DNA from: a virus
Virus record (IMG/VR): IMGVR_UViG_3300045588_000033
Location: 1-64,000 of that record
DNA length: 64,000 nucleotides
Direction: 5' to 3' (one strand)
Made by a program: the position numbers and the translations under genes. The notes under the pieces were generated by a model. The model did not search any database. It worked only from the letters and a program-made list of their open reading frames with translations, and was not told where the DNA came from. Positions 46,041-59,300 of this stretch are shown one piece after another. Within the stretch, counting starts at the first letter, position 1. Each line of letters begins with the position of its first letter.

Positions 46041-48857
46041 ATGATAACTCCATATTCTACTCCATTAAAAACTGAATATAAACCTTTAGGTTTAGAAGCA
46101 TTTGCTCAACCTTTATCCCAAATGTCTGAAAAATTAGAAACTGCTAAAAGTTTAGCAGCTAATGCAGACTTCGAGATGAGCAGATTAAATCAAGATGACC
46201 CTAGAAGTAAGGAGTTAATGGAATTGTTGAATCAAAAAAGTTCTGAAATAGCTTCTAACTTAAATACTTCAAAGAATTACCGCCAAGCTACACAGCAAAT
46301 AATGGATTTAAACAAAATGTTTACTAAAGATCCAGAATTGCAATCTATTAAAAGTAACTATGAAGGTTATAAAAAAATGGAGCAAGAGCATAAAGATATG
46401 GTTGCTAAAGGAACTATAACTCAAAGAGATCTTGATACTTGGAAAATGAAAACTTTAGGAGAGTTTAAAGGCACTGGATTTAATCAAAAAGGTGGAGATT
46501 ATACTACTATAAGCTTACAACCTCGTATGAAGAATATGGAGGAGGAAATGCGTAAAGAATCTTTAGAATTAGCTAGAATGGCTGTAACACAGCATTATCA
46601 AAATCCAGGAGTAGATACACAAGTAGAAATATCTCCTGGAGTTACACAACGTATTGAAACTAAAATAGATTATAGAGACTTAAATCAAGTAGCAGGAGAA
46701 ATTCAACGTATGCTAGCTACTTCTGATAAATACAAAGATTGGGTACAAGAAGATGCTGATTATACTTTCTATGCAAATTCTCAAGGAGAAAAAGGAGAAG
46801 AATTTAGAGATAATATTATTGACGGAACTGTAGGAATTTTACAAACTCAACTTGCAGCAGCTGTTAAAAGCAAAAATCCTGAACAAGTTACTGCTCTTAC
46901 TCAGGAATTAAACAGTACTTTACAAGAAATAGAAGAAGCTAAACTTAATAGCAATGAAGTAGAATTAGCTAAAAAGTATTATAAGCAAGCAGCTAATAAT
47001 AGATTTGCGCAATTAGGTGTTGCTGCTGCAGATTTAGTAGATTTTAAAGATGTAAGTAAGGACATTATTGAAAAAGTTGATGCAGGTGTTAAAGCAAAAT
47101 TAGATGCAAGCACAGCCTTACTTAAAGATTTTAAATCTATAGATACAGATATAGCTACTGCAGATCTAGATAAGAAAAATATGCCTTTCTCAGGTGGAAG
47201 TAGTACAAGTTCTGTGGAAGAAGAAGTACTTATTTTAAATAATAAAAATACTTATGAAAGAATTAGAGATACTAAAGTAGAAACGGTTCCTACTTTAAAA
47301 CAATTTGTAGGAGGTAATAACTTAGATCCTAATTATAATGAAATATTAGAAACTGCTAAAGATATTTATGTAGTAAATAACGGATTAGAGAAATTTGAGC
47401 CAGCTATTAAAGATGTTGATGCTAAAATAGCAGCTGAAAACTTAAAATTAAACAAAGCGGTAACGCCTGAAGAAAAAGCAGAACAAGCAGCAAAAATAAA
47501 GGTATTAAATCAAGATAGAAATCAATTACAATTAGCTCGTGCTGATACGGGAATAGTTCTAGAAAATCTTATTGTAAGAAATATAGCAGGCGATGAAGAA
47601 TTAACTTCTTTGTGGAAAGAAGCTGGTAGAGATACTCCAACATTCTTAGGAATGTTACAAGAAGCTAATATTAAATATCTTGAAAAAGTTAAAAGTAATA
47701 TAATAGATCCAAATGCTAAAATAGATCCTTTATCCAAAGAAGGACAATTACAGGCTGAAGCAGCTGCCAAAGGATTAGTAATTGACTACCAATTACCGTC
47801 AATTCCAGGAATAGGAGTTAAAAAAGGTAAATTAGTGGATTTCTCTGAAACATTAATGGCCAATTATAAAGAAAATATATCTAATAAATTACCTTCAGGA
47901 GTTACTCCATTAGAAGCAATAGGTAATGAAAATTTAGATAACTACACTGGAGGAGTAGTAGAAAACCTAAAGAAGAATATATTAGCCAATCAAGGGGGTG
48001 CTTCCAAAGTTGATCGAGTATCTTTCAATAAAACAAAAGGTACTACAGAACCGATGGTAGGAAAAAATAACTACGATTTAAATGCTTACGAGCAAGAATT
48101 CCATTATGTAGGAAACAATCAAGATGGTACTCAAGTTCTTAGATACGTATTAAAAAGAGAATTCCAAAATGCAGAAACTGCTAAGAGTGCAGTAGCTTCG
48201 GCAATTAGAACTCAAAAACAATTGCCTGAAAATACTATTGTATCGGATAAAGAAATTAATGCTTGGAAAGCAGCTAACCCTACTGACATTTATATTACAC
48301 CTACGGGGCAATCAAAGAGTCTAGATATCGCAGCAGCGGCAAAAGAAAGCTATGTTGAATATGCTAATGCGATGCTAGATGTAGGAAGTGAAAAAATGTT
48401 TGATAATGTAAATAACTTTGCATCAATACATTTGATATCTGATCCAGCTAGAAGAATAGCATATACAGAAATGGCAGGAAGATTGCAAGATGCTGTAGAA
48501 AATAAATATACATCAACCGAATTAATTCAAGCACCTGCTGCATATAGTCAAAATCAAGATGGAACTCAATCAGGGTTTGTAATAAGATACAAAGTAGAAT
48601 CTGGAGAAGTAGTAGCTAGTATCAATAGAGTAACTATTCCTAAAGGGGGTGGCCAAGCTATATACAGTGATGTTATTGCTAGAAAAACTTTAGATGCTGC
48701 TGGTAATTTACCTACGCAATTAGTAGCAATGGATTTAATGTACGGTACAGGTGCTGAAAGAGATTTAATACAAGAGACTACAGGTTGGCAACAATCTACT
48801 TTTGTTCCTGCATTTAAATCTTCTAAGTTTACTACTGTATACAACGCATCGTACTAG
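46041..48857 (+). CDS. Large internal virion/ejection protein
   Basis: 938 aa, helical, syntenic with crAss-like cargo proteins. Confidence 0.65.
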   Translation: MITPYSTPLKTEYKPLGLEAFAQPLSQMSEKLETAKSLAANADFEMSRLNQDDPRSKELMELLNQKSSEIASNLNTSKNYRQATQQIMDLNKMFTKDPELQSIKSNYEGYKKMEQEHKDMVAKGTITQRDLDTWKMKTLGEFKGTGFNQKGGDYTTISLQPRMKNMEEEMRKESLELARMAVTQHYQNPGVDTQVEISPGVTQRIETKIDYRDLNQVAGEIQRMLATSDKYKDWVQEDADYTFYANSQGEKGEEFRDNIIDGTVGILQTQLAAAVKSKNPEQVTALTQELNSTLQEIEEAKLNSNEVELAKKYYKQAANNRFAQLGVAAADLVDFKDVSKDIIEKVDAGVKAKLDASTALLKDFKSIDTDIATADLDKKNMPFSGGSSTSSVEEEVLILNNKNTYERIRDTKVETVPTLKQFVGGNNLDPNYNEILETAKDIYVVNNGLEKFEPAIKDVDAKIAAENLKLNKAVTPEEKAEQAAKIKVLNQDRNQLQLARADTGIVLENLIVRNIAGDEELTSLWKEAGRDTPTFLGMLQEANIKYLEKVKSNIIDPNAKIDPLSKEGQLQAEAAAKGLVIDYQLPSIPGIGVKKGKLVDFSETLMANYKENISNKLPSGVTPLEAIGNENLDNYTGGVVENLKKNILANQGGASKVDRVSFNKTKGTTEPMVGKNNYDLNAYEQEFHYVGNNQDGTQVLRYVLKREFQNAETAKSAVASAIRTQKQLPENTIVSDKEINAWKAANPTDIYITPTGQSKSLDIAAAAKESYVEYANAMLDVGSEKMFDNVNNFASIHLISDPARRIAYTEMAGRLQDAVENKYTSTELIQAPAAYSQNQDGTQSGFVIRYKVESGEVVASINRVTIPKGGGQAIYSDVIARKTLDAAGNLPTQLVAMDLMYGTGAERDLIQETTGWQQSTFVPAFKSSKFTTVYNASY

Positions 48858-48898
48858 GAAGTACTTATTAAGAATTTCTAAATAACAATAATTTTATT

Positions 48899-48906
48899 TA
48901 TCTTTG
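48899..48906 (+). promoter_or_regulatory. Bacteroidota -7 promoter element
   Basis: TATCTTTG upstream of ATG 48923. Confidence 0.6.
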
Positions 48907-48922
48907 ATTAATATAAACATTC

Positions 48923-51900
48923 ATGGAAGAAGATATAGATAAGCCAGTTAAGGTAAAAGGAGTAGACACTGGTAAAGAAGGTGGGACCTATTCTTCTGTA
49001 TTGCCTAAAACTAAATCTTCCGATGCTTACCGAGAAGCTAAAACTTCTGAAGAAGATTTTATACAGAAGTTAGGAAATATTGCTGAGACTTCTTCTAAAA
49101 CTACTATTGCAGGGACTGACTTCAATGTTGACGTAAGAGCTAGAGCTCTATATACTCCTATGAATTTGGCTAGCGGTATACGTGACCCAAATGAACGTGC
49201 TAAATTCTTAAACGAGCACGGGAACAAAATGGTTAAATTAATGGGCCAAGATGAATATGGCATCAGATTTAATCGTGAAATAAAAGATGTTGCAGCTTAT
49301 AAAGAAAAATTATATGATAAACATGTAGATAAATTTCTAGATGATTTAGATGAAAATCAAGGATTTCTGGCAGAAGCTGCTAATACTGCAGTAAAACTTG
49401 TAGGAGGAACTGCTGTAGCTGTAGGAGGATTAATACCTTTAGTATATGGTTTAGGAAAAGGATTAATTACTTGGGACGCTAAGAATATTTTCAATAACGG
49501 AATGTTTGATGCATGGGAAACCGTGGATCAAGGGATAAGTAATAAGTTTGCAGTATATGGAGGATCAGATTATGATTTAGACGAAACAGGAGCTCAAAAA
49601 GGTTTCTTCTCTAGATTTATATCTCATCCAATGAAATCTCTTAATGCAGATATAGCACCTGCAGTTTCTTTTGTAGCTAGTGCAGTTATTACTGAATTAT
49701 TAGCAGGAGCAGCAGCACCATTTACAGGCGGGGGGTCAGTGATAGCAGCAAATGCTATGTTGGCTGCAAGAGCTACTAGATTATTTGGAGGAGGAGCAAA
49801 AGCAGCACTACAAGTAGGAATAAAAGGTACTAACCTACTACTTCCTAAGGGTATGAAGGCTATTCGAGGTTTGGAAACTTTGAGTGACTATCAACAAGCT
49901 AAAAAGTTAGTAGTACTTTCTAAAAAATATAGAGAAACTTTAGGCACAGCAACTTCTATGGTAAGAAGTGCTGGTTATGAGTCTTCTTTAATTGCCAGAG
50001 ATACTTATGAAAGTACTTTGGAAAGTATGCTAAGTAAGCATGCAGAATTAAATGTAGATGCACAAGGTAACTCTATACAGCCTACAGAAGCAGAAATGGC
50101 ATTATATACTCAAAAAGCAGAAGATGCTTCTGAGTATGCTTGGTTTACTAATATTCCATTAGTAGGCTTTTCTAATATGATGCAATTTCCTAAGATTTTT
50201 GCAGGAGGGTATAAAGTAAATAAAGCATTATCTAAATTAAATCCAATAAAAGCTTCAGGAACTGTAATTAACAAAGAAGGTGTTAGAGTTGCTCGTTCAG
50301 AAGTATTAGGTAAATGGGGACGTACTGCCGTTGTAGGCGGTGCAATGGTAAAGTCAGGTATTACTGAAGGATTTGAAGAATTCTCTCAAGGAGTACTTGA
50401 GCATGGTTTAGCTGATTATTATACTGCAAAATATACTAAAAATTCTAGAGATACTTCTATTGGCTTAGTGTCAGCAATGAATACTGCTGCTAGAAATTAT
50501 GCAGGATCAACTGAGGGACAAGATTCTATGGCTATAGGATTCCTAATGGGGATGTTGGGAATACGTTTACCTATGAGGGTTAATAAAGACACAGGTAAAT
50601 TAGAAAAAGGTTGGGAAGTTTATGGTGGAGCATTCCAAGCTCGTAGAGATGTTAAAGAAAAATGGGCTAAAGATAAGATTAATGCTGATTACCTTAATGC
50701 GCATTCTACCCAAGATGCATTAAAAGCCAATTATAACAACATGGCTCGTGCGGTTACTACTCAGGAAGAACAAGATCTTGCAGAAAGTAGTGGAGATTTA
50801 TTTACTTATAAGAATAAGGAACATGAGCAAATGCACTCATTTGTTTCTACAAGAATAGAACTAGGATTAGAAGATACTATTTTTCAAGATTTAGATGCAT
50901 ACGAAGCATTACCTCTTGATGTATTTAACGAACAATTTAGTACTAAAGAAGTTAAAGAATTTACTGAAGAATCTAGAAAAGAAGTACTAGACAAAGCTAG
51001 ACAAGATACAAAGAGTGTTATAAAAGCAACTGAAGAAATAGATGCGTTATTTAATGATAACACTACTTTTGTAGATTTCTTAACTAGAAAAGATTATAAA
51101 GGTTTACAAGATCCTAAAAATATTACACAGGCTCTAAAAGAACAAATGATTTACTTACATTCTGCTAATAGTAATCTAGAAGGAAGAGAAGTTAAATTAG
51201 GTGAGGATGTGCAGAAGCTGACTAACGGTGAGATTTTACCTATGTTATTTAATAATATAGTAGGAAGAATAGCAGGTATTAAGAAGGACGACGGTAGTGC
51301 AGAAATGATTACATCGGCAGCAGAGTTATACAAAGCTGCTATGCAAGAATGGCAATCAAAAGACCCTAACGGTTATAATTTTCATGCAAAAGAAGTTGGG
51401 CCTATTCTACAAGACATAGTAAAAATTAAAGTAAAAAGAGAGCAGTTAAGTAATTTATACAAAGTATTATTTACTAAATCAGGTGCTAAAAACTTTGCAC
51501 AATTCTATGAATTATTAGAAAGCCACTACATTGATGAGGCGAATAAAAAGGTTTTAGAAAAAATAGCTGAAGATGCTAAGACTGCTAAAACTTCTCAAAA
51601 AGTCGATAAATTAAATAGAGATGAAAAATCTGTATCTGGAGAAACTCCAATTATGGATGCAAAAACTAAAGCAGAATTAGAGCAAGCTGACCAAGAATTA
51701 AATTCACTTTTTACAGAAACTATTCCTGAAGATGTTATTAAGAACTCGGATTTAGAAACATTAATACCTTCAGCATCTGCTAATACTATATTAGAGATAC
51801 TAGCAACTAAACCTGCTATTTTTAGATTACTAAAAAAGAGTCTATTAAACAAAGGAATTATATTAGGAGACACTGTTGATGAAGCTTTGCAGAATCTAAC

Positions 51901-52858
51901 AATGGACCCAAAATTAGGATTTAACATTGTAGCTGAATATAATAATATTAGAGCATCACTTTTGGCTAATGCCCCAGCAGTTAATGTAATATTAAACTTT
52001 GCGGATTCTAAAGACAGCAGTCAACCTAATCCTGGTGCAGAGAAAGTATTAACTCCTGAAGAAGAATTAGCAATAGAATTGGGTAGATTACAAGCTAAGT
52101 TTAACCCTGGGGATACGGTAACAGCTTCGGCAATTATAGGGGTAACTCACCATAAAGAAATAAAAAATAAGAAACTTACAAGAGACCCTAAAACAGGTAA
52201 ATTTATTAAAAAAGAAACTGATCAGCCTGTAGATAATGCTTTACTAAACTCTACTGAATTTTTATCTAATAAAGAATTAGAAGAGAAGTTTAAATATGCA
52301 GAATTTAAAATAGAAAAAACTATTCCTTGGAAAGATCGTAAAGGCAACACAGTAGAAATTACTGATGATAATATTAGAATAGGTGTTTATCACGAAGGAG
52401 TATTCTTAATGGATTTACCTGCTTTTCAAGAAGGTATGCCTGCAAATTTCTTAGCACTTCGTAAAGCTATTATAGCTCAAGAAACTGGAGTAGCAGCACC
52501 AAGTACTACTACTGCGACGGAAACAATTACAAAACAAAAAGTTCGTTTAAAAAATGTTATTAATGATTTTTCTATAGACGCACAAGCATTATTAAATAAT
52601 CCTAATCCTACTATAGAAGAATATAATGCCGTAATAAGTAACTATGAATTTGATTTATCTGCAGATTTACCTAGTAAAAAATTACGAGCTAATATAGAAT
52701 CCCAATTAAAAGATATTAAAAATACTTTTAAAATTACAATTCCAACTGCTACACCAAGAAGATCGGAAATAGATGAAAATTTTGATAATATAATAGAACA
52801 ATTACTTAAATCAAAAGTTAATGTGTTCTTTAAAGAAGAATTTAAAAAAGAATGTTAA
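48923..52858 (+). CDS. Large ejection protein with hydrophobic Gly/Ala-rich segments (candidate membrane channel)
   Basis: 1311 aa; TEGFEEFSQG motif, TM-like stretches; single Cys at the last residue. Confidence 0.7.
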   Translation: MEEDIDKPVKVKGVDTGKEGGTYSSVLPKTKSSDAYREAKTSEEDFIQKLGNIAETSSKTTIAGTDFNVDVRARALYTPMNLASGIRDPNERAKFLNEHGNKMVKLMGQDEYGIRFNREIKDVAAYKEKLYDKHVDKFLDDLDENQGFLAEAANTAVKLVGGTAVAVGGLIPLVYGLGKGLITWDAKNIFNNGMFDAWETVDQGISNKFAVYGGSDYDLDETGAQKGFFSRFISHPMKSLNADIAPAVSFVASAVITELLAGAAAPFTGGGSVIAANAMLAARATRLFGGGAKAALQVGIKGTNLLLPKGMKAIRGLETLSDYQQAKKLVVLSKKYRETLGTATSMVRSAGYESSLIARDTYESTLESMLSKHAELNVDAQGNSIQPTEAEMALYTQKAEDASEYAWFTNIPLVGFSNMMQFPKIFAGGYKVNKALSKLNPIKASGTVINKEGVRVARSEVLGKWGRTAVVGGAMVKSGITEGFEEFSQGVLEHGLADYYTAKYTKNSRDTSIGLVSAMNTAARNYAGSTEGQDSMAIGFLMGMLGIRLPMRVNKDTGKLEKGWEVYGGAFQARRDVKEKWAKDKINADYLNAHSTQDALKANYNNMARAVTTQEEQDLAESSGDLFTYKNKEHEQMHSFVSTRIELGLEDTIFQDLDAYEALPLDVFNEQFSTKEVKEFTEESRKEVLDKARQDTKSVIKATEEIDALFNDNTTFVDFLTRKDYKGLQDPKNITQALKEQMIYLHSANSNLEGREVKLGEDVQKLTNGEILPMLFNNIVGRIAGIKKDDGSAEMITSAAELYKAAMQEWQSKDPNGYNFHAKEVGPILQDIVKIKVKREQLSNLYKVLFTKSGAKNFAQFYELLESHYIDEANKKVLEKIAEDAKTAKTSQKVDKLNRDEKSVSGETPIMDAKTKAELEQADQELNSLFTETIPEDVIKNSDLETLIPSASANTILEILATKPAIFRLLKKSLLNKGIILGDTVDEALQNLTMDPKLGFNIVAEYNNIRASLLANAPAVNVILNFADSKDSSQPNPGAEKVLTPEEELAIELGRLQAKFNPGDTVTASAIIGVTHHKEIKNKKLTRDPKTGKFIKKETDQPVDNALLNSTEFLSNKELEEKFKYAEFKIEKTIPWKDRKGNTVEITDDNIRIGVYHEGVFLMDLPAFQEGMPANFLALRKAIIAQETGVAAPSTTTATETITKQKVRLKNVINDFSIDAQALLNNPNPTIEEYNAVISNYEFDLSADLPSKKLRANIESQLKDIKNTFKITIPTATPRRSEIDENFDNIIEQLLKSKVNVFFKEEFKKEC

Positions 52859-53334
52859 TTATGGAAAATTTATTAAGTGAAATAGAACAAAAAGAACTAA
52901 ACAAGTTTGGTTTACTAGAACTAACTGCTTCTCAGAATTACTTACATCTTAGTAATAGGATGAAAACTTTAGGCTATTTCGGTGCTGAAAAGTTTTTCTT
53001 AAGTGAATCTAATAGTGAAAGAGATCACTATGGTAAAATTGAAAAATTTGCTAATGATTTAGGCGGAGAAGTATCAGTAGAATCTTTGGTAAAAGTAACT
53101 AGCACTGTAAGTAATATTAAAGAAGCCTTAGAACATGCTTACCAAATGGAAAAAGATTTGATGATGGAGTACGAGAAAGCAGCAATACGCACCGACTTAT
53201 CATTAAAAGTTGTACTTTTGTTGCAAGACTTCACAACGCATCAAGTAGGAGCAGTAGGTGAATATGGAGATTTACTTGCTAGGTTAGCTCTTACAGATAA
53301 TATGTTGTTGTTCGATCAAGAACTTGGTAATTAA
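52852..53334 (+). CDS. Ferritin-like protein
   Basis: E..ASQNYL..., GAEKFF..ES.SERDH..K, ...QME, HQVGAVGEYGD, FDQEL; start may be 52861. Confidence 0.85.
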   Translation: MLIMENLLSEIEQKELNKFGLLELTASQNYLHLSNRMKTLGYFGAEKFFLSESNSERDHYGKIEKFANDLGGEVSVESLVKVTSTVSNIKEALEHAYQMEKDLMMEYEKAAIRTDLSLKVVLLLQDFTTHQVGAVGEYGDLLARLALTDNMLLFDQELGN

Positions 53335-53345
53335 AAAATTAAATT

Positions 53346-56300
53346 ATGGCTTGTCAATACTGGTATAATAATGCTTGGCGTTCTGAAGAAGAATTTAAGA
53401 ATATTTTAGATAGTGGATTATTAGACAATTTAATCAAGGATAAGAAAGTATCTATCCCAGGGTTAAAAGCTGATGCCAAAAAAGCTAGAGAATTTGCTAA
53501 GGCTGGTATTAAAAAACAACCATTAAGATTACGTATTATAAATAAAATACAAGCACGTATTAATAATGAGAGAGAGCCTATAACAGGTGCTTTTGTTAAT
53601 AATAATCCTGTAAAAGTTTTAGCTCAGGCAACTGCTGAGAAAAAACAAAAAAATCCTAAAGCGGCTCAAATTCCTTTTTTAATTGTAATTAAGGTTAAAG
53701 GAGAGCTGAAAGTAGGTAAAGAAACTAAGAATACTGAAAAACTTAGAAACGAGATATTAAATTCAAAAATATCTGGAACTATTGTTGAGAATCTAAAAGA
53801 AGGTATTCCTTATATGATGGTTCCCTCTGCATACGGATTATACCCTATACAGATGAAATCTCACGCTGTTAAAGATACAACAGCATTTACGGGATTAAAA
53901 ACTGCAGTTAAGGCCCTACAAACAGCCAATCCTCAAGATTTCTTCCTTACTAAAAAGAACATTGAGAAAATGTTATACCAGACTACTATTGACATAGAAG
54001 CTGGTAAATATAAAGTAGTAAGACAAGACCCTACAACTAAATTAGCAGTTACTAAGTTATTTAGCACTGCTGAGGAAACTAGTGCTTATTTAGGCAATTT
54101 ATTATATCGTTGTGACTATACCAAGATTAACTCAGTAGTAGGAGGAACAGACTATAATACACAATTAGCTAATATTGGAGCAGTCTCTACAGATTTATTT
54201 TCTGAAGACGGCAACTTCTTTAACTCTAGTTCTTTTGTAATAGAAGCTTACCAAATATCTCCTGAAGATAAAGCAACTTTAGAATTACTTATAGAATCTA
54301 AAGTAGGGCCTAATCCTGCTTCTGTATCTTTTTCTAATGCAGTAGCACAACAAAATACTACAGCTCCTGCAGCAAGTATTAATAAAGCAGACGAAAGTCC
54401 TATCTTTAATACTCCTATAGACCAAGTAAATGCTGCTATTGCAGCTTCTACTGGAGAAATTATACGTGATTATACAATTGCCCCAAATACTAATTTTCCT
54501 ATTGCTAGAGTTATTGCTTCTGTAAAAGATGGAGTAGTTACGGTACAATCTATCCAGTTAATTTCTAAATCTAAGCAAGTAAATCAAAGTGATAAAATTA
54601 CAATTTCTCCTAAAAAACCTACATCCAAGCAACAACAAGCTGCTACTAAAGCATTTTTTGAATCTAAAGATATTATTGCTATAAAAGAAAAAGCTACCAA
54701 AACTCCTGCACCGACAGGTGTTGTAGATTGGTTAAATTTAATATCTAAAGCAACTTCTTCAAAAGAATTAGATGCTATTGTCGATCAGATAGACAAAGCA
54801 GATGCTATGACGCAAGCTTTGATGGAAGACATAGCTACTACAAGACTTATATTACCTGAAACTTCTCCTACTACAAAAAGTCCTTCTGCAATTACTGCAG
54901 CACTGCAGCAGATGGTGGATCAAGAGTTAACTGATTTAGCGCCAGAAGTAGAAGAAGAAGGAATGGATACTTTAGAAGGGATGATAGCTCGTTCTAAAGA
55001 AACAGTTGCTGAAGAACCTATAGCTGAAGAATCTATGGATTTTGGATCTTTATTTGACGATGAAGTAGATATTGAGGGTAAAACTTTAGAAGAAGTTCCT
55101 AATGCTGTTAAAACAAGATTAAGACAAACTCCTAAAACAGACGGAACTAAGTGGTCTAAAAAAGAAGAGATTACCAAATTAAGAGAAATGATTGGTAATC
55201 GTAGTAAAAAAAATAATGGTAAAGTAAGAATATTTAAATCTTTAGAAGCTTTAGAAGAATATTTACCTGCAGAGACTTACGAAATGCTTCTTGAAGCAAG
55301 AAAACATGGAAAACAACTTCACGGTGTATTTACAGAAGCAGCGTTGTATTTAAGTGAAAATGCAGCAGCAGGAACTACTTATCACGAAGCTTTCCACGTA
55401 ATATTTAATTTAGCCCTACCTCTAGAAACAAGAGTTAAGATTCTAAATGAAGCATTAGAAAAATATCCAGAAGAATTACCCCTAGTAAAAGTAGTAGATG
55501 CATCAGGTAAGGAAACTTTCAGAATGCCTACTTTTATTGAAATAGAAGAATTACTTGCTGATAAATTTATGGACTACGTTATGTCCAAAGAAGAAGATAA
55601 ATTTGGAGATAAAGACTTTGAATTTACTACTTTAGGTAAGACTTTTAGAGGTATGTATAGAATGTTGGAAGTATTCTTCCACCCTTCTAGAAAAATAGAT
55701 ATAGACCAATTATTTGAAGATATAAATTGGGGAGTATATAAGTACTCTGTCAATTTTAGAAATACAGTATTGCCATTCCAAGTTAAACTTAAACAAACTG
55801 ATCCCGATCATAAATATGATAACGGTGAGGAAGAGCGTCAAGCTTTTGTTTACATGCAATCTAGAATGGATGATATTTTTGATGTTTATAGAAGTATCAG
55901 CATTGAAAACGAGAATAAGACTGAAAGAGAGATTATTAATACCATGGGAGTAGATAAATTCTACACACAGTTATTAAGTAATATCTTTGCAGATGCTAAA
56001 TTAAACAGAAATAATAGTGCAGGACAATACATAATGAAATTGTACTCTGTGTTAACTAACGGAGGTACTGCTGCATCAACTGTTGAAATAGAAGGTAAAT
56101 TATTTAAACAATTTAATAAACCTACAGACTTACTACAAAGATTTAATCAATCTTTAGTACTAAGAGGTTTACACATGAGCTACAAAGGTGCAGTCGCTGC
56201 CAAGGATAATTTAATTGGCGATAGTGCTAATCCTATAGAAACTAACGAAGAAAATACAAAATCGGAAGCATGGATGAAAGGGAACATAGAAATGGACCCT

Positions 56301-59300
56301 AGAGACAGCATGAGTCAGAAACTCAAAAGTTTCTTTGCTACTATTCCTAAATTTGTTTCCAATAGAAAGGACGCTAGGCCTCTACTAAACGTATTTAATG
56401 TACAAGAAAAAGAAGAAGGCGGTAAAGTATTTGGTTACCTATTATCTCGTATTTCTGATAGTTATTCTGTAGAAAATATGATGGAAAAGCTTCAAGCTAT
56501 TAAAACTGAGAAGCCCTACATTGTGCACATTATAGAAAAAATGGAACAAGATTCCACATTGAAAACAGAATTGTGGCTAGCAATAGGACAAAAGCATTTT
56601 GCTACTTTCTCATTTGCTTATGATGATAATGGTGAATACAAAATAATTAAATCTAATAGAAAGAATTTTGGAAATATAGTTAGAGACGAAATTATTGGTG
56701 GATTCTTAATACAAGGTAATCCATTGTTTGAAAAAGATGCAAAAGGCCGAACTAATTTTGAAGATATTAATTTAGAAAAAGTAGATGCTTTATTAGAAGC
56801 TCTTACAAATATTAAGTTAAGTGCTTCTACAATAAATAAAGCAGAAGGAAATACTAAAAAAGCTGCTGAATTATTATTTAAAGTGCTTTCTAATACAATT
56901 ACTAAAGTCAATATTAATATTTCTCCTGAAGATATTTACACAGTGTGGAATCCTGAAACAGGAAAAGCTTCTTGGAAAAATATTGAAAATTTAATAAATA
57001 CCTTAATAGATATCACTACTGAGTTAAGCAATAATAAAAATCCATTCTTAGGTTTAAAACCAGACGAGTTAATAGTAGATAGGAAAGTAAAGGGAGATAA
57101 GAATTCTATAGAAAAATTAGGTAGAATTTTACAACCTGCTTTAGAAAAAGAAGTAGTTTCTGCATTTAGAAATATAGAGGGAAATACTGTGTACAATTTA
57201 ATTTTATCTAATTTCTTAAATAAACAATTAGATAAGTTTAAAAATGAAGAATCTTTTCAAGAGTATTTAGAACAAATATCTAAAGATTCTTTACTAAGCA
57301 ATCTTCCATTTATAAAAGATTTAAATGACCCAGACTCTGGAGTTATGAAGGCTCTAAATGTAATTATATTAGACGGTCTAGCTAGAAAAGGTAAGAAGAA
57401 GTCGGTAACTTACGAGAAGATGTCGGATATAGAAATGATGGCTACAGAGTTAGCAATGTTTCAGAATTCAAATTCTCAATCAAAAGCAAAATACAAATTA
57501 CCAATTCCTTCAGATGCGCCAACAATTCCATTCTTGGAATCAAGTAAGTTTACAAAAGAAGAATTAGTAGATAAGTTAACTGCTACAGCTAAGGCAGAAT
57601 TTTCTAGAATTACTAAATTACGAAGTAATACTAATAAAGACCTTGCATTAATACCTAATTATTTAGAAAAAGGTGTAGACTTTCAAATATTATCTTTTTT
57701 AAATAGTAAGATTGATAAAACTAAGGTATTTAATGAAAAGCAAGTTAGAGCTCTAATAGAGGAATTCTTAAATAATAAATTTATACAAGACCATATTGCA
57801 TATTACAAGAAAAAAGGTATTATAACTGCAGTAAATCCAACTACAGGAGAAATTGCTTTTGCTGACGGTTTAATAAGTAAGAGTGTAAAAAACAAAACTG
57901 AGTTCTTTAAAGACTTTTTGTATAACACTTATTATATGAATACTCAGTTAACTACAGTATTTGGGGGAGATCCTGCTTTTTATAAGAGCACTGTAGATTA
58001 TCAGAAAAGATATAAGCAAATTATGAGTCCAGGTATCTACACAGATACTGCAAATTTACCTGATACTTATAATGCTATTATTCTTAATGATGAAGAAGCT
58101 CCTACAGCTAAAGAAACTGTAGAAGTTATAGTAGAATTAATTAAAAATTCTGATTTAAATAAAGAAGAAAAAGCAGAATTAACAGCTTTATGGAAAACGG
58201 CTAAGCACAATCTTACAGATGCTGCTACTTTTATTAGTCCTTTACGTAAGAAGCAACAATTGCAAGGATTAAAAAGATGGACTCCTCCACACGAAGATGC
58301 TTATCAACGGGAAATTAAAGGCTTGCCTTCTTTGCCTGAAGATTTAAATTTATTCCAACCAGAAAAACCTTTCTTCTTTACGCAAAGAATAGTTAATGGG
58401 ACAGTTGTTCCTACGCAAATTAAAAACTCTGAGATAGTTCTTACAAGAGAATTAGCTTATAAAAAAGATACAGACGGTAATTTTAAATTTCCTAAGTTAG
58501 TTGCTATTTATAATACTTTAATGAATGGTATAGAAACTGAAGAAGGAGTTACTAGAATAGATACTGCTATTTTTGAATCAGCTGTTAAAGTAGGCGCTTT
58601 AGGTAATTCTACTAATGCTAAAGGCAAAGTAAGATTTACTTCTTACGAATTACAAGAAGACGGTACTTACGCTTTACCTGCAGATACTCAAGTAATAACT
58701 CTTAAAAGTGAAGAATGGAGATTACAGCAAGAAACTCCTGAACACTACATAGACTCAGAAGGTAACTTTGGTACCCAGTTGAGAAACCTTGCTATTGGAG
58801 ATATGGACCTTACAGGTACGTATAATATTAACGGCAAAAGTATGACAGGCGAAGACGTTGCTAAGTTATACCAAGAATTAATTGCTGAAGATTTAAAATC
58901 TTCTTTTGAAGAATTAAAAGAAGTATTTGAAAACAAGGATGGCTCAATAGATTACGAGCGTCTAGCAGAAATGCTTAGAAAAGAGGTTATAAGTAGAGAC
59001 ATGGGTCAAGAATATTTAGATGCATTAGCACCTATTAAAGATGCCATGGGGAATACTACTACTACTCTTCCTTTGTACCATCCTTTGATTTCTTACAAAA
59101 TGATGGCAGTAATGAACTCTTTCTTTCAGAATAGAGTTACTAAGCAAAAAATTGCAGGAGGTGCAGTAATTAATGCTTCTTCTTACGGTGTAAATGAAGA
59201 CTTAAAGTTTAAAGTAGATAAAAAACTAGGTAAAATTACTCTTCAAGCAATGATGCCTTGGACATCCAGAAAGTATTTCCCATTAGATGCTAATGGAGAA

